Source: Acidimicrobiia bacterium (GTDB lineage: Bacteria; Actinomycetota; Acidimicrobiia; Spongiisociales; ZC4RG35). Taken from it: DNA of 64,000 nucleotides. Position 1 is the stretch's first letter; every line of letters begins with the position of its first letter. The stretch lies in the NCBI GenBank assembly GCA_965215185.1, contig OZ244034.1, positions 2,112,001 to 2,176,000 of the forward strand, given 5' to 3'. The notes below the pieces were generated by a model. That model saw nothing but the letters and a program-made list of their open reading frames with translations, was not told the origin of the DNA and did not search any database. Position numbers and translations under genes: made by a program. Below are positions 20,283 through 30,101 of the stretch, piece by piece.

Positions 20283-20717
20283 ATGGTCGAACTGCACTCC
20301 ATAGTAGAACAGAGCCTTCGCTCACAGGGCATGCGCTACACGGACAATCGCAAGGCGCTGATCTCCGCGCTGGACGAAACCCCAGGTCCTCTCACCGTCG
20401 ACGAGTTGCACCAAGCAACCGCGCATCGCGTTCCCTACTCATCCATTTACCGGGAGGTGCGGATGCTGATTGATGCGCAGGTTCTCTCCCTTCACCACGG
20501 CGCCGACCGATCGAATCGCTTCGAGTTGGCGGAATGGCTGGCAGGACACCACCACCACATGGTGTGTGTGCAGTGCATGGCCATCTCCGACATCACCTTA
20601 TCCCCCCAAAACGAAATCCGACTCGCCGAGTTGGTGGAGAAAGCCGCCGCCGGCACCCAGTACCTCATAACCGACCACACCCTGGAGATCGAGGGTGTGT
20701 GCCCAAAGTGCCAATAA
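20283..20717 (+). CDS. zur: Fur-family metalloregulator, probably Zur
   Basis: SSIYR helix, HHHHMVCVQC, HTLEIEGVCPKC; flanked by metal ABC genes; start set to ATG 20283. Confidence 0.8.
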   Translation: MVELHSIVEQSLRSQGMRYTDNRKALISALDETPGPLTVDELHQATAHRVPYSSIYREVRMLIDAQVLSLHHGADRSNRFELAEWLAGHHHHMVCVQCMAISDITLSPQNEIRLAELVEKAAAGTQYLITDHTLEIEGVCPKCQ

Positions 20718-21461
20718 GTGGAAATACCCGACCAACCCATTGAAAACGCCATCGAAGCCGAGGGGCTGGAGCTTCGCTACGGTTCCCACGTGGTTATGGA
20801 ACCCTCGTCCTTCACAGTGCCCGCGGGAGCAATAACCGCCATGATCGGACCGAACGGCGCGGGGAAATCCACTCTGCTGCACGCCATTGTCGGCCTGGTA
20901 ACCCCTGCCGCTGGGCGGATGACCGTGATGGGAACCACCCCCCAGAAAGGCCGCAAACAGGTTTCCTATGTCCTCCAGTCCAAGCAAGTAAACCAGTCTC
21001 TGCCGCTTACCGTTGCCCAGGTGGTGACCATGGGCCGCTATACGAATCGAGGAATGATCCGGCCCTTGAGAATTGACGACCGCGCTCGCGTCCAAGAAGC
21101 CATGGAGAGAATGAACATCACCCATTTGGCCAACCGCCATCTCACGGAACTGTCGGGGGGACAGCGACAGAGGGTGTTCATGGCGCAGGGAATCGCCCAG
21201 GATCATCTCATCATGCTGTTGGACGAACCGCTTACCGGCCTTGATGTCATATCGGCGGAGGCTGTGGACAGAACCATCCACGAGGAGAAGGAGCACGGTT
21301 GCGCGGTATTGGTCTCCACCCACGACCTGGGGGAGGCCGGAACCGCCGATCACGTGCTCCTTCTGGGAGAAAAACGTGTGGTCAGTGGGACCCCTTCAGA
21401 GGTGCTGACCCATGAGAACCTGCTGTCGGCTTTCGGCCTGGGGCTGATGCACCTGAATTGA
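20718..21461 (+). CDS. znuC: Zn/Mn metal ABC transporter ATPase
   Basis: GPNGAGKST, LSGGQRQR, LLDEP, THDL; VVTMGRY typical of metal importers. Confidence 0.85.
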   Translation: MEIPDQPIENAIEAEGLELRYGSHVVMEPSSFTVPAGAITAMIGPNGAGKSTLLHAIVGLVTPAAGRMTVMGTTPQKGRKQVSYVLQSKQVNQSLPLTVAQVVTMGRYTNRGMIRPLRIDDRARVQEAMERMNITHLANRHLTELSGGQRQRVFMAQGIAQDHLIMLLDEPLTGLDVISAEAVDRTIHEEKEHGCAVLVSTHDLGEAGTADHVLLLGEKRVVSGTPSEVLTHENLLSAFGLGLMHLN

Positions 21462-21510
21462 ACAGCCAAAATCAGTCCCCCAAAGACCAGACATAGGATC
21501 AGACACAAAA

Positions 21511-21978
21511 ATGAGCATCAAAAAAGAAATGCGCGCCGAGTTGGTGGACGCCATGAAATCGGGCGACCGCCGTCGAAGAGACGTCATCCGCTCCGTCGAG
21601 GCGGAGATACAGAGGAAGAGGACCGCTCCGGGGTTTTCGGGGGATGGCGAGGATGATGATTTCTATCGGCAGAATATCGGAAGCTACGTCAAGAAGATGG
21701 GCAAGGCCGCTTCGGAATACGCCAATCTTGGCCAACGGGGAGAGGAAATGGCCCAAAAGCTGCATTACGAAGTGGAGTACCTCTCCCGATGGCTGCCCTC
21801 CCACCTGAACGAAGAGCAAAGCCGAGAGTTGGTGCGAAATACCATCGCCCTGCTGGGAGTAGCCGGCCAACCGCGAGCTCGGGGCGCAGTGATGGGCCAC
21901 ATAATGAAGTCCCACCGTCAAGAGGTGGACGGCGGATTGGTGTCCCGACTGGTAGCCGAGGAGCTCTCCACCGACTAA
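21511..21978 (+). CDS. GatB/YqeY domain protein
   Basis: AMKSGD, EYLSRWLPSHL, GAVMGHIMK...VDGGLVSRLV. Confidence 0.8.
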   Translation: MSIKKEMRAELVDAMKSGDRRRRDVIRSVEAEIQRKRTAPGFSGDGEDDDFYRQNIGSYVKKMGKAASEYANLGQRGEEMAQKLHYEVEYLSRWLPSHLNEEQSRELVRNTIALLGVAGQPRARGAVMGHIMKSHRQEVDGGLVSRLVAEELSTD

Positions 21979-22068
21979 ACCGATGCGAATCCCCCGGTTG
22001 GGCGGGTGTTCAACTCGTGCGGGAACCCGGCGCCCGCCTACCGGTAAGGACCATGTACAATCGGGTCG

Positions 22069-22890
22069 ATGCGTCCCATCTGGAAAGGCGCTGTCTCCTT
22101 TGGTCTCGTGACTATTCCGGTGGCTCTTTATTCGGCCACCGAAGACCGACGACCCAAGTTCAAGCAACTGCGCCAAAGCGATCAAAGTCCGATCCGGTAC
22201 AAACGGGTAGCGGAGGTGGATGGACAAGAAGTGCCGTGGGATCAGATCGCCCGCGGCTATGAGGTGGACCGTGGCGCCTATGTGATCTTCAGCGACTCGG
22301 AGTTGGTCGCCGCCGGGATAGGCAAGAAGGGCCTCCCGCTGATCGATGTTGTCAAATTCGTCGAGTCCGAAGAGATCGACCCCGTCTATTACAAATCCTC
22401 CTATTACCTGGTGCCGGAAAAGACAGGCGCCCGCGCCTACCGGATCCTGTGGGAGGCGCTGAGTGCGGCGGGAAGGGTGGGAATTGCCCGCTTCGCCATG
22501 AGAGGCAAAGAGCACTTGTCCACTCTCCGTTGCCAACAGGACAGCCTCTTGCTGGAAACCATGTTCTGGCCCGACGAAATCCGCCAAATCCCCGCTAGTG
22601 AACATGCCGAGGAGGTGGAGGTGCGACCCGAAGAGGTGGCGATGGCCAAGCTCTTGATCGACACGATGAGCGGACCCTTCGTGAGGGAGGAGTACAAAGA
22701 CAAAACCAGGGACAACATCGAAGAAGCTGTTCGACTCAAAGTGGAGGGAAAAGAGATTGTCTCGGTGGACGGAGCGTCGGAGGGCGGCCAGGTCATCGAC
22801 CTGCTGTCCGCCCTCAAAGCCAGTGTGGCGGCGACCAAAGCGGCTGTAGAAAGTCGCTCCGACCCCGATCAACAGTCGGCGGCGGTATAA
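22069..22890 (+). CDS. ku: Non-homologous end-joining protein Ku
   Basis: MRPIWKGAVSFGLVTIPVALYSATE, IDPVYY, SYYLVPE, WPDEIR, VIDLLSAL. Confidence 0.96.
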   Translation: MRPIWKGAVSFGLVTIPVALYSATEDRRPKFKQLRQSDQSPIRYKRVAEVDGQEVPWDQIARGYEVDRGAYVIFSDSELVAAGIGKKGLPLIDVVKFVESEEIDPVYYKSSYYLVPEKTGARAYRILWEALSAAGRVGIARFAMRGKEHLSTLRCQQDSLLLETMFWPDEIRQIPASEHAEEVEVRPEEVAMAKLLIDTMSGPFVREEYKDKTRDNIEEAVRLKVEGKEIVSVDGASEGGQVIDLLSALKASVAATKAAVESRSDPDQQSAAV

Positions 22891-22964
22891 GAATCTCGCC
22901 GTGGAGGGCATTCGCTCCGGTTAAGGGCCGAAGAGGTTGAGGCGTGGGTCCAGCTGGCCTGGAT

Positions 22965-24239
22965 TCAACTCATTTCCAGGCGGAACATGTCTTGGTACTG
23001 CTCACGGCGCACAACCAGACGGGACTGTCCATCCGCCACGAACACCACCGGCGGGCGGGGGACCTTTTGATAGTTGGATGCCATGGCATGTCCGTAGGCG
23101 CCCGTTACCGGGGTGGCGACGACATCTCCCAGCTTGACATCCCGGGGGACCCACCCCGAGGCAACCAGACGGTCCCCACTTTCGCAGTGTTTGCCGACCA
23201 CGGTCACTTCCCGCTCCCGGGGCGCAGCGACCGCCCGCGGCAGGAACACCTCGTAACCACTCCCGTACAGCGCCGGGCGGGGATTGTCGCTCATCCCTCC
23301 GTCTACCGCCAGGTAGGTGCGGACCCCGGCCACCTCCTTAATGGTTCCCACCCGGTACAGGGTTAATGCCGCCGCCGCCGTGATGGCCCTTCCCGGCTCG
23401 GCCATGATCGGGCCACGAACACCCTCTTCCCGACAGGTCTTCACCACCGCCTCCGCCCACTCCCCAATAGTGGGCGCCTCCTCCCCCTCCACATAGGGAA
23501 CACCCAGCCCTCCTCCCAGGGATAACTCCTCCAATGCGAACGGCGCCGCCATGCTGGCCACTATCCGGGCAGCTTCCCTAAAAGACTCCAACCGGAAAAC
23601 CTGGCTGCCGATGTGGGCGTGAACACCCCGGGCTCGCATGGAAGGTGACGCCTCGGCCCGTTCCACCGCCTGGGCGGCCGCCCCCGACGACACATTGAAA
23701 CCGAATTTTGTGTCATCATGGCCGGTGGCGACGAACTCATGGGTGTGGGCGTCAACCCCAGGCGTGATGCGGATCAGGACATCCACCGGCGGACCTCCCC
23801 GGCGGGAATGGATTCGTTCGATCCGATCCATCTCATCGAACGAATCCACCACCACTCTCCCCACTCCCGCCTCAATGGCCATCGACAGTTCTACCGAAGA
23901 TTTGTTGTTGCCGTGAAAGATCAATCTCTGGGCCGGAAAACCCGCCCGAAGGGCCACAACCAACTCCCCCCCGGTGGCCACATCCATGCCCAAGCCCTCC
24001 GATTCCACCAACTTCGCCATGGCCACGCACAAAAACGCCTTGGCGGCGTAGGACACCTGACCCTCGAATGCCTCCCACGCCTGCCGACAGCGACGGCGCA
24101 GATGCTGTTCATCGTAAATGAACACCGGAGTGCCGTAACGTTGGGCCAGTTCCTCCAGGTCGCATCCACCCACCTTCAGCCGCCCCTCCACCACTTCGGA
24201 GGTGATGGGTAAGAGATGAAAAGGCAGCGGTCCGGCCAT
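22965..24239 (-). CDS. lysA: Diaminopimelate decarboxylase
   Basis: YGTPVFIYDE, YAAKAF, FHGNNKS, HIGSQ, EPGR, DNPRPALY, HCESGD; start set to ATG 24239. Confidence 0.95.
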   Translation of the reverse strand: MAGPLPFHLLPITSEVVEGRLKVGGCDLEELAQRYGTPVFIYDEQHLRRRCRQAWEAFEGQVSYAAKAFLCVAMAKLVESEGLGMDVATGGELVVALRAGFPAQRLIFHGNNKSSVELSMAIEAGVGRVVVDSFDEMDRIERIHSRRGGPPVDVLIRITPGVDAHTHEFVATGHDDTKFGFNVSSGAAAQAVERAEASPSMRARGVHAHIGSQVFRLESFREAARIVASMAAPFALEELSLGGGLGVPYVEGEEAPTIGEWAEAVVKTCREEGVRGPIMAEPGRAITAAAALTLYRVGTIKEVAGVRTYLAVDGGMSDNPRPALYGSGYEVFLPRAVAAPREREVTVVGKHCESGDRLVASGWVPRDVKLGDVVATPVTGAYGHAMASNYQKVPRPPVVFVADGQSRLVVRREQYQDMFRLEMS

Positions 24240-24305
24240 GTCCACAAGTCCTTGGAGATCGATTGGTTCGCCGAAGGCTACCTCTTCCCTCCTACCATTC
24301 CCGCT

Positions 24306-25583
24306 ATGGAAATCGGTGTAGGTCTCCTCGGGGGAGGCATAGTTGGAGGAGAGTTGGCCCGACGCCTGCTCGAAGACCGGGACACCATTCTGGCCAAGTC
24401 GGGGATATCCCTGCGGTTGAGGGGAGTGGCGGTGAGAGATCTGGCCAAGGAGCGGCCCTTTCCCTCCCGATACGCCGTCGACCGACCCGACTTGCTGGTG
24501 GCGGATCCCGAGGTGGATTTGGTGGTGGAATTGATGGGGGGAATTGACCCGGCCCGACAAATGGTGCTCTGCGCCCTGGACCTGGGCAAGCCGGTGATCA
24601 CCGCCAACAAAGAACTGTTGTCGCTGCATGGACCTGAGCTCTTCGCCAGGGCCGCCGACAAGGGGGTCTCCCTGTTGTTCGAAGCGGCGGTCGGCGGAGG
24701 GATACCCCTGATACGTCCCCTCTCCGAATCTTTGGCGGGCGAAGAGATCGAGCGGGTAACCGGAATCGTCAATGGGACCACCAACTTCATCCTCACCGCC
24801 ATGGATACTGAAGGGCTTCCCTACCAGGAAGCATTGGCGGAGGCGCAACGACTCGGATATGCCGAGGCTGATCCCACCGCCGATGTGAGCGGGAGAGACG
24901 CTGCCGCCAAGGCTGCCATCTTGGCCGGGCTGGCATTCGGACGATGGGTCAGCATCGACCGCGTGTACCGAGAGGGCATCACGGACCTCTCCACCTTGGA
25001 CCTCGGATTCGCCCGCCAGTTGGGGTATCACATCAAACTGCTGGCCGTGGCCGACACCACCCCCCAAGGTCCCGCGGTGCGGGTGCATCCGGCATTAGTG
25101 CCGACCGGTCATCCCCTGGCGTTGATCCGAGGGGCCAACAATGGGGTCTTCCTGGAAGGTCCTTCCATTGGAGAATTGCTCTTCCTAGGACCGGGTGCGG
25201 GGGGCAGACCCACTGCCACGGCGGTGCTGGGAGACGTCATCCTGGCTTCCCGTGAGTTTCTAGCAGGCACCAAAGTCACCCCCCGGGTCCGGTTCGGCAA
25301 CGGTGGGATTCAGGAATTCTCGCAGGTGGAAACCCAGTGGTACCTGCGTTTGGAGGTCAAAGACGCCCCCGGGGTGCTGGCCCAGATCGCGGCGGTGTTC
25401 GGCGCCAATCAGGTTTCCATCAAGTCGGTGTGGCAGGAGGGACGGGGAGACCAGGCCACCCTGCTATTAATCACCCACCATGCTCGGGAGGCCAACCACC
25501 GGGCTGCTGCCAGTGACCTAGAGCGGCTAGAGGTGGTGAGGCAGGTGGCGGCCACCATACGGGTAATCGGCGCCGGCCCGTGA
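24306..25583 (+). CDS. hom: Homoserine dehydrogenase with C-terminal ACT domain
   Basis: GLLGGGIVG, VITANK, FEAAVGGGIP, NGTTNFIL, GYAEADPTADV, DAPGVLAQI. Confidence 0.95.
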   Translation: MEIGVGLLGGGIVGGELARRLLEDRDTILAKSGISLRLRGVAVRDLAKERPFPSRYAVDRPDLLVADPEVDLVVELMGGIDPARQMVLCALDLGKPVITANKELLSLHGPELFARAADKGVSLLFEAAVGGGIPLIRPLSESLAGEEIERVTGIVNGTTNFILTAMDTEGLPYQEALAEAQRLGYAEADPTADVSGRDAAAKAAILAGLAFGRWVSIDRVYREGITDLSTLDLGFARQLGYHIKLLAVADTTPQGPAVRVHPALVPTGHPLALIRGANNGVFLEGPSIGELLFLGPGAGGRPTATAVLGDVILASREFLAGTKVTPRVRFGNGGIQEFSQVETQWYLRLEVKDAPGVLAQIAAVFGANQVSIKSVWQEGRGDQATLLLITHHAREANHRAAASDLERLEVVRQVAATIRVIGAGP

Positions 25584-25614
25584 AGATTCCATCCTTCGCC
25601 GTCGAAAGTCGGTT

Positions 25615-26991
25615 TTGAAATACATCTCCACCCGGGGAGGGACGCCACCCGCTTCCTTCGATGAGATCCTTCTGCAGGGACCGGCCCCCGACGGCGGTCT
25701 GTACGTTCCTGCCCGCTGGCCCACCGCCCCTACTCTGCCTTCGGCGGCGTCCTACCCCGAAATGGTGACCGCGGTGGCCGCTCCCTTCATGGAAGGCAGC
25801 CCTTTGTTGGATCATCTCCCCCGACTGGCCACCGAAGCCTACGCCGACTTCGGTCCCGAAGGGCCGGCGCCTATGCGACAGGTCGAGGAGCACCGGTGGC
25901 TGCTGGATCTCACCTTAGGCCCCACCCTTTCATTCAAGGACTACGCCCTGCAACTGCTCGGGCGACTCTTCGATCAGCTCTTGGCGTTGCAGGGCAGGCG
26001 GATATTGGTGCTGGGCGCCACCTCCGGCGACACGGGCTCGGCGGCGATCGAGGCCTGTCGGGACCGTTCCGCCATCGATATTGTGATCCTGTACCCCGAA
26101 GGTCGGGTGTCTGACATCCAACGTCGTCAAATGACCAGCGTGGAGTCTTCCAATGTCCATGCGGTAGCCGTAGAAGGAACCTTCGACGACTGTCAGGACC
26201 TGGTGAAAGCGGCTTTCGGCGATCCCGTGGTGCGCCAAAGAATGGCCTTGGCGGCGGTCAACTCGATCAACTGGGCGCGGATAGTGGCCCAGATCGCCTA
26301 TTACCTGTGGGCGGGTCATCGGCTGGGGCGCGCAATCAGCTTCTTTGTTCCCACCGGCAATTTCGGCAATGTGCTGGCCGGGTGGGCCGCCCGCCGGATG
26401 GGCGGACCGATAAAGAGACTGGTGGTGGCCAATAACCACAACCGAGGTTTGACCCGGCTCATCTCCGAAGGCATACTTCCCATCGGCGAAGTCCGTCCCA
26501 CCCTCGCCCCGGCCATGGACATCCAAATCCCCTCCAACCTGGAGAGATACCTGTTCGAGTTGGGCTCGCGGGACGGGCAATGGATGTCCCAGATCATGAA
26601 CGACTACCGCCTTCACGGCCAGCTGCGGCTCGATGACGAACTCCATTCCAGCCTCCGCAACGACTTCGCAGCCGGATGGTTGGACGATCAGGCCATTATC
26701 GAAGTGATAGGCAACGCCTACCGAGAGCACGGCTTGCTGCTCGATCCCCACAGCGCCTTGGGTTGGGCAATGGCTGAGCGCATGGCAAGGACCGGCGAGG
26801 AGGTGGTGAGCATCGCCACCGCCCATCCTGCCAAGTTCCCCGAAGCGGTAAAGGAGGCAGTGGGCTTTGCTCCAGATCTTCCCGACCGCATGGCCGACCT
26901 TTTCGAACGTCCGGAACGTACCACTGTGATCCCCGCTCGCTTGGACCGTTTATTGTCGCTTCTGGAAAGTACTCGCCAGCCCCCCCGGTGA
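25615..26991 (+). CDS. thrC: Threonine synthase
   Basis: MKYISTRG, PDGGLYVP, GPTLSFKD, ATSGDTGSAA, NSINWAR, PTGNFGN, TAHPAKF. Confidence 0.95.
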   Translation: MKYISTRGGTPPASFDEILLQGPAPDGGLYVPARWPTAPTLPSAASYPEMVTAVAAPFMEGSPLLDHLPRLATEAYADFGPEGPAPMRQVEEHRWLLDLTLGPTLSFKDYALQLLGRLFDQLLALQGRRILVLGATSGDTGSAAIEACRDRSAIDIVILYPEGRVSDIQRRQMTSVESSNVHAVAVEGTFDDCQDLVKAAFGDPVVRQRMALAAVNSINWARIVAQIAYYLWAGHRLGRAISFFVPTGNFGNVLAGWAARRMGGPIKRLVVANNHNRGLTRLISEGILPIGEVRPTLAPAMDIQIPSNLERYLFELGSRDGQWMSQIMNDYRLHGQLRLDDELHSSLRNDFAAGWLDDQAIIEVIGNAYREHGLLLDPHSALGWAMAERMARTGEEVVSIATAHPAKFPEAVKEAVGFAPDLPDRMADLFERPERTTVIPARLDRLLSLLESTRQPPR

Positions 26992-27032
26992 AATAATCTC
27001 TTGGCCGGATTGCAATCGTCCCGCATTCGGTT

Positions 27033-27062
27033 TTGGCGCAGGAGTTGCCGTCTTGCTATAGT
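27033..27062 (+). promoter_or_regulatory. Putative rho promoter
   Basis: TTGGCG-18nt-TATAGT with extended TGn before the -10. Confidence 0.5.
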
Positions 27063-27150
27063 GGGTCAAGTCTGGTTCGCCCGCCTTCTTATCTCCGGCA
27101 GCGAACACCCCAGAAATCTTTTCAAGGCGGTCTCGAATAGAGCGTTACAG

Positions 27151-27178
27151 CCTCCACTTTCCTTAAGGAAAGTGGAGG
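27151..27178. repeat. Perfect 28-bp palindrome in the rho 5' leader
   Basis: CCTCCACTTTCCTT|AAGGAAAGTGGAGG. Confidence 0.9.
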
Positions 27179-27215
27179 ATATTCGGTAAAACTCCGAGAA
27201 CACGAGGAATCATCA

Positions 27216-28760
27216 ATGACTACTCAAACCGAAAACGGCCAGCTTCTCACCAAAACGGTGCAGGACCTGCAAAAAATCGCCAAAGCGATAGGCATCGACT
27301 CCGGCGGGATGGGCAAGGAACAATTGATTAGCGCAATAGAAGGACCCCGCGGCAACCCTGATCCGGACCGCTCCGAAGCCACGCCCCCAGCGCGGGGCGG
27401 ACGCCAGCAGGCGCCTCCCGCGCCAGTGCCCCCCTCTCCCGCGCCGAAAAGGACAACCGGAGGCCACACCCGGGACACGGACACAGAGAGGCCATCGGAA
27501 AACTCCCAACCCAATTTCGAATTCCGCGCCAACGCACCGCCGAGTTCTTCTGCCCATGGTGACAATCGACGGCGACGCGGACGGGGACGCCGGCAACCGT
27601 CCCCCTCCAACATCCCCGAAGGCGACCTGGAGAATAGGGAGGGTCTGTTGGACATCCTCCCCGAGGGCTACGGGTTCCTGCGGGTATCAGGCTACGGTCC
27701 CGGGGAAAAGGACGTCTATGTCTCCGCCGGCCTGATCCGCCGCCTGCAGCTTCGCAAGGGGGACCTGGTGGGAGGACCGGTCAGACCTCCCCGCCCACAG
27801 GAGAAGTACCCGGGCATAGTAAGGGTGGAGCACGTCAACAAGGTCGACCCCGGAGAAGCGATGCGTCGGCCGAAGTTCGATAGGCTGACACCGCTTTTTC
27901 CCGATCAGCGGCTGCGCTTGGAGTTGCAGGGGATGCCGAACCGCACCTTGGCCCGACTCATCGATCTCATTTCTCCCATCGGCAAGGGACAGAGAGGATT
28001 GATTGTCTCTCCGCCCAAGGCAGGAAAAACCACAGTTCTCAAAGAGATCGCCCAGTCGATCACCGTCAACAATCCTGAATGCCATCTAATGGTGGTGCTG
28101 GTGGACGAACGACCCGAAGAGGTAACCGACATGCAAAGGTCGGTGAAGGGAGACGTGGTCTATTCCACCTTCGACCGACCCGCCGACCAGCACACTCAAA
28201 TCGCTGATCTGGCTCTGGAACGAGCCAAGCGGATGGTGGAAACTGGAATGGACGTCGTGATCCTGCTTGACTCCATTACCCGACTGGCACGCGCCCACAA
28301 CCTGGCCGCCCCCGCCTCGGGACGGATGCTGTCGGGAGGAATCGACGCTACAGCCCTCTATCCTCCCAAGCGGTTCTTTGGAGCAGCCCGCAACATTGAG
28401 GAAGGCGGCAGTCTGACCATTTTGGGCACCGCCCTGGTGGAAACCCGCTCCAAGATGGACGAGGTCATCTTCGAAGAGTTCAAGGGCACGGGCAATATGG
28501 AGTTGCGATTGGACCGCAAGCTGGCGGACAAGCGGATCTACCCGGCGGTGGACATCGAACTTTCGGGAACCCGTCGTGAAGAGCTACTGTTCACGGTCGA
28601 CGAGTTGCCCCTAGTCTGGAAGCTTCGACGGGTCCTCCTGTCGCTGGATCCTAGCGCCGCAATCGAGTTATTGATAGATAAACTTAAAAGTTCCCCGTCC
28701 AACAGAACGTTCCTGGCCGAGGTGGCCAGAAACACCGGAGATCGAGTCAGATCGATATGA
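27216..28760 (+). CDS. rho: Transcription termination factor Rho
   Basis: [56 protein letters not shown]; low-complexity N-terminal insertion. Confidence 0.98.
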   Translation: MTTQTENGQLLTKTVQDLQKIAKAIGIDSGGMGKEQLISAIEGPRGNPDPDRSEATPPARGGRQQAPPAPVPPSPAPKRTTGGHTRDTDTERPSENSQPNFEFRANAPPSSSAHGDNRRRRGRGRRQPSPSNIPEGDLENREGLLDILPEGYGFLRVSGYGPGEKDVYVSAGLIRRLQLRKGDLVGGPVRPPRPQEKYPGIVRVEHVNKVDPGEAMRRPKFDRLTPLFPDQRLRLELQGMPNRTLARLIDLISPIGKGQRGLIVSPPKAGKTTVLKEIAQSITVNNPECHLMVVLVDERPEEVTDMQRSVKGDVVYSTFDRPADQHTQIADLALERAKRMVETGMDVVILLDSITRLARAHNLAAPASGRMLSGGIDATALYPPKRFFGAARNIEEGGSLTILGTALVETRSKMDEVIFEEFKGTGNMELRLDRKLADKRIYPAVDIELSGTRREELLFTVDELPLVWKLRRVLLSLDPSAAIELLIDKLKSSPSNRTFLAEVARNTGDRVRSI

Positions 28761-29023
28761 AAACACAGATACATCCCCAATACGAGCTCACCACTGTTAC
28801 CTGTTCCTGCAGTGCCAAATTCGTCACCAGAACCACCCGGCCCCCGGCCATGACGGTGGAACTGTGTAATGAATGCCACCCCTTCTACACCGGTGAACAG
28901 CGACTGGTCGACACCGGCGGAAGGGTTGAGCACTTTCAAAGACGCTACGGGAAGGCCGCCGAAGTGCGTTCGAAGCGGTATCACAAGAAGACCGCGGCCC
29001 CCACCCAGACGTCCGACCTGTAA
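28757..29023 (+). CDS. rpmE: 50S ribosomal protein L31 (Zn-binding Cys-containing type)
   Basis: [12 protein letters not shown]...CNECHPFYTG, DTGGRVE. Confidence 0.95.
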   Translation: MKTQIHPQYELTTVTCSCSAKFVTRTTRPPAMTVELCNECHPFYTGEQRLVDTGGRVEHFQRRYGKAAEVRSKRYHKKTAAPTQTSDL

Positions 29024-29126
29024 GCCTGGCGCTGCGAGGTCCTAGCTGCCGGTCGCCGGAGGTCTATCCCCGGAATCACACACCGAGTCGGCTATCCCCG
29101 TCCCCGCTTCGTCGGCTCTGCTCGCC

Positions 29127-30101
29127 ATGAACGCCCAACCCAAACCTGAGACGCCGTCCGACTCCGACCCGTTGGCGGTGGGCGGACAGGCCCTGATCGA
29201 AGGAGTCATGATGCGGGCGCCGGAGGCCTGGGCGGTGGCGGCTCGACGCATGGACGGATCAATAGTGGCGGAGAGACGGGCCCTTCCCCGTCTCTCCACC
29301 CGGATCTGGGCCGCCAGGGTGCCCTTCCTGAGAGGCATCTTGGTGCTGGTCGAATCCCTCAATCTGGGATTTCGATCTCTGGCATGGTCGGCGGAGGTCG
29401 CAACCCAGGAACCTGGCGAAGACCCCGAGGGTCCCTCCGAATCACTGGGATGGAAGCTCTGGCTGTGGATGGCGTTGGCCATGAGCTTTTTCATCGCTTT
29501 CTTCATGGTGGTGCCGGCCACCGTCGCCCGCTGGACCGCCGGCGAATCCGGCCTGCTCTTCGGGTTCTTGGAAGCCCTGATCCGCTTGGGACTGTTCATC
29601 GGCTATATATGGGGTATTGGACGTATGTCGGACATCAAGCGAGTGTTCGCCTATCACGGAGCGGAGCACATGACCATCCACGCCTACGAACACGAGGAGT
29701 CCCTTTCCCTCGAATCCATCGCCAAGTATCCACCCGAGCATCCCCGGTGCGGAACCAACTTCCTCTTGATAGTGGTGATCCTCTCGATTGTCGCCTTCGC
29801 CCTGGTGGGCAATCCGGGTTGGCTGATCCTGATTTTGAGCAGGGTGGTCTTCATCCCCATCATCGCCGCCATCGCCTACGAGCTTCTCAAGTTCGCCAGC
29901 AAACGCCAGTCACAGACCCTGGGCAAATGGCTGGCCGCTCCCGGAATATTGCTGCAGAGGCTCACCACCCATCAGCCCACCTCCGATCAGATCGAAGTGG
30001 CGATGACCAGCTTGCTATCCGCAGTGGAGGCTCGAGAATCGGACCGATTGCTAGCAACAGGAACCATCCCCCCTTCGGTGGCGAAGGCGATCGCCCGATG
30101 A
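29127..30101 (+). CDS. DUF1385 membrane protein
   Basis: GGQALIEGVMM, VFAYHGAEH, HPRCGTNF; usual position between rpmE and prfA. Confidence 0.9.
   Translation: MNAQPKPETPSDSDPLAVGGQALIEGVMMRAPEAWAVAARRMDGSIVAERRALPRLSTRIWAARVPFLRGILVLVESLNLGFRSLAWSAEVATQEPGEDPEGPSESLGWKLWLWMALAMSFFIAFFMVVPATVARWTAGESGLLFGFLEALIRLGLFIGYIWGIGRMSDIKRVFAYHGAEHMTIHAYEHEESLSLESIAKYPPEHPRCGTNFLLIVVILSIVAFALVGNPGWLILILSRVVFIPIIAAIAYELLKFASKRQSQTLGKWLAAPGILLQRLTTHQPTSDQIEVAMTSLLSAVEARESDRLLATGTIPPSVAKAIAR

Noticed and set aside
21499-22911. 470-aa minus-strand ORF and other long antisense ORFs (e.g. 10970-12043, 8769-9842)
   Set aside because: Shadow ORFs expected from high-GC codon bias opposite recognisable genes; no motifs.
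24240-25088. 283-aa N-terminal extension of LysA in the ORF track
   Set aside because: It is the antisense shadow of hom; LysA homology begins near ATG 24239.
27216-27630. Low-complexity Pro/Arg-rich insertion in Rho
   Set aside because: N-terminal insertions are a well-known feature of actinobacterial Rho.
29384-30097. Long N-terminal extension of RF1 (603-aa ORF)
   Set aside because: Overlaps DUF1385 in another frame; real start is ATG 30098 with ATGA coupling.
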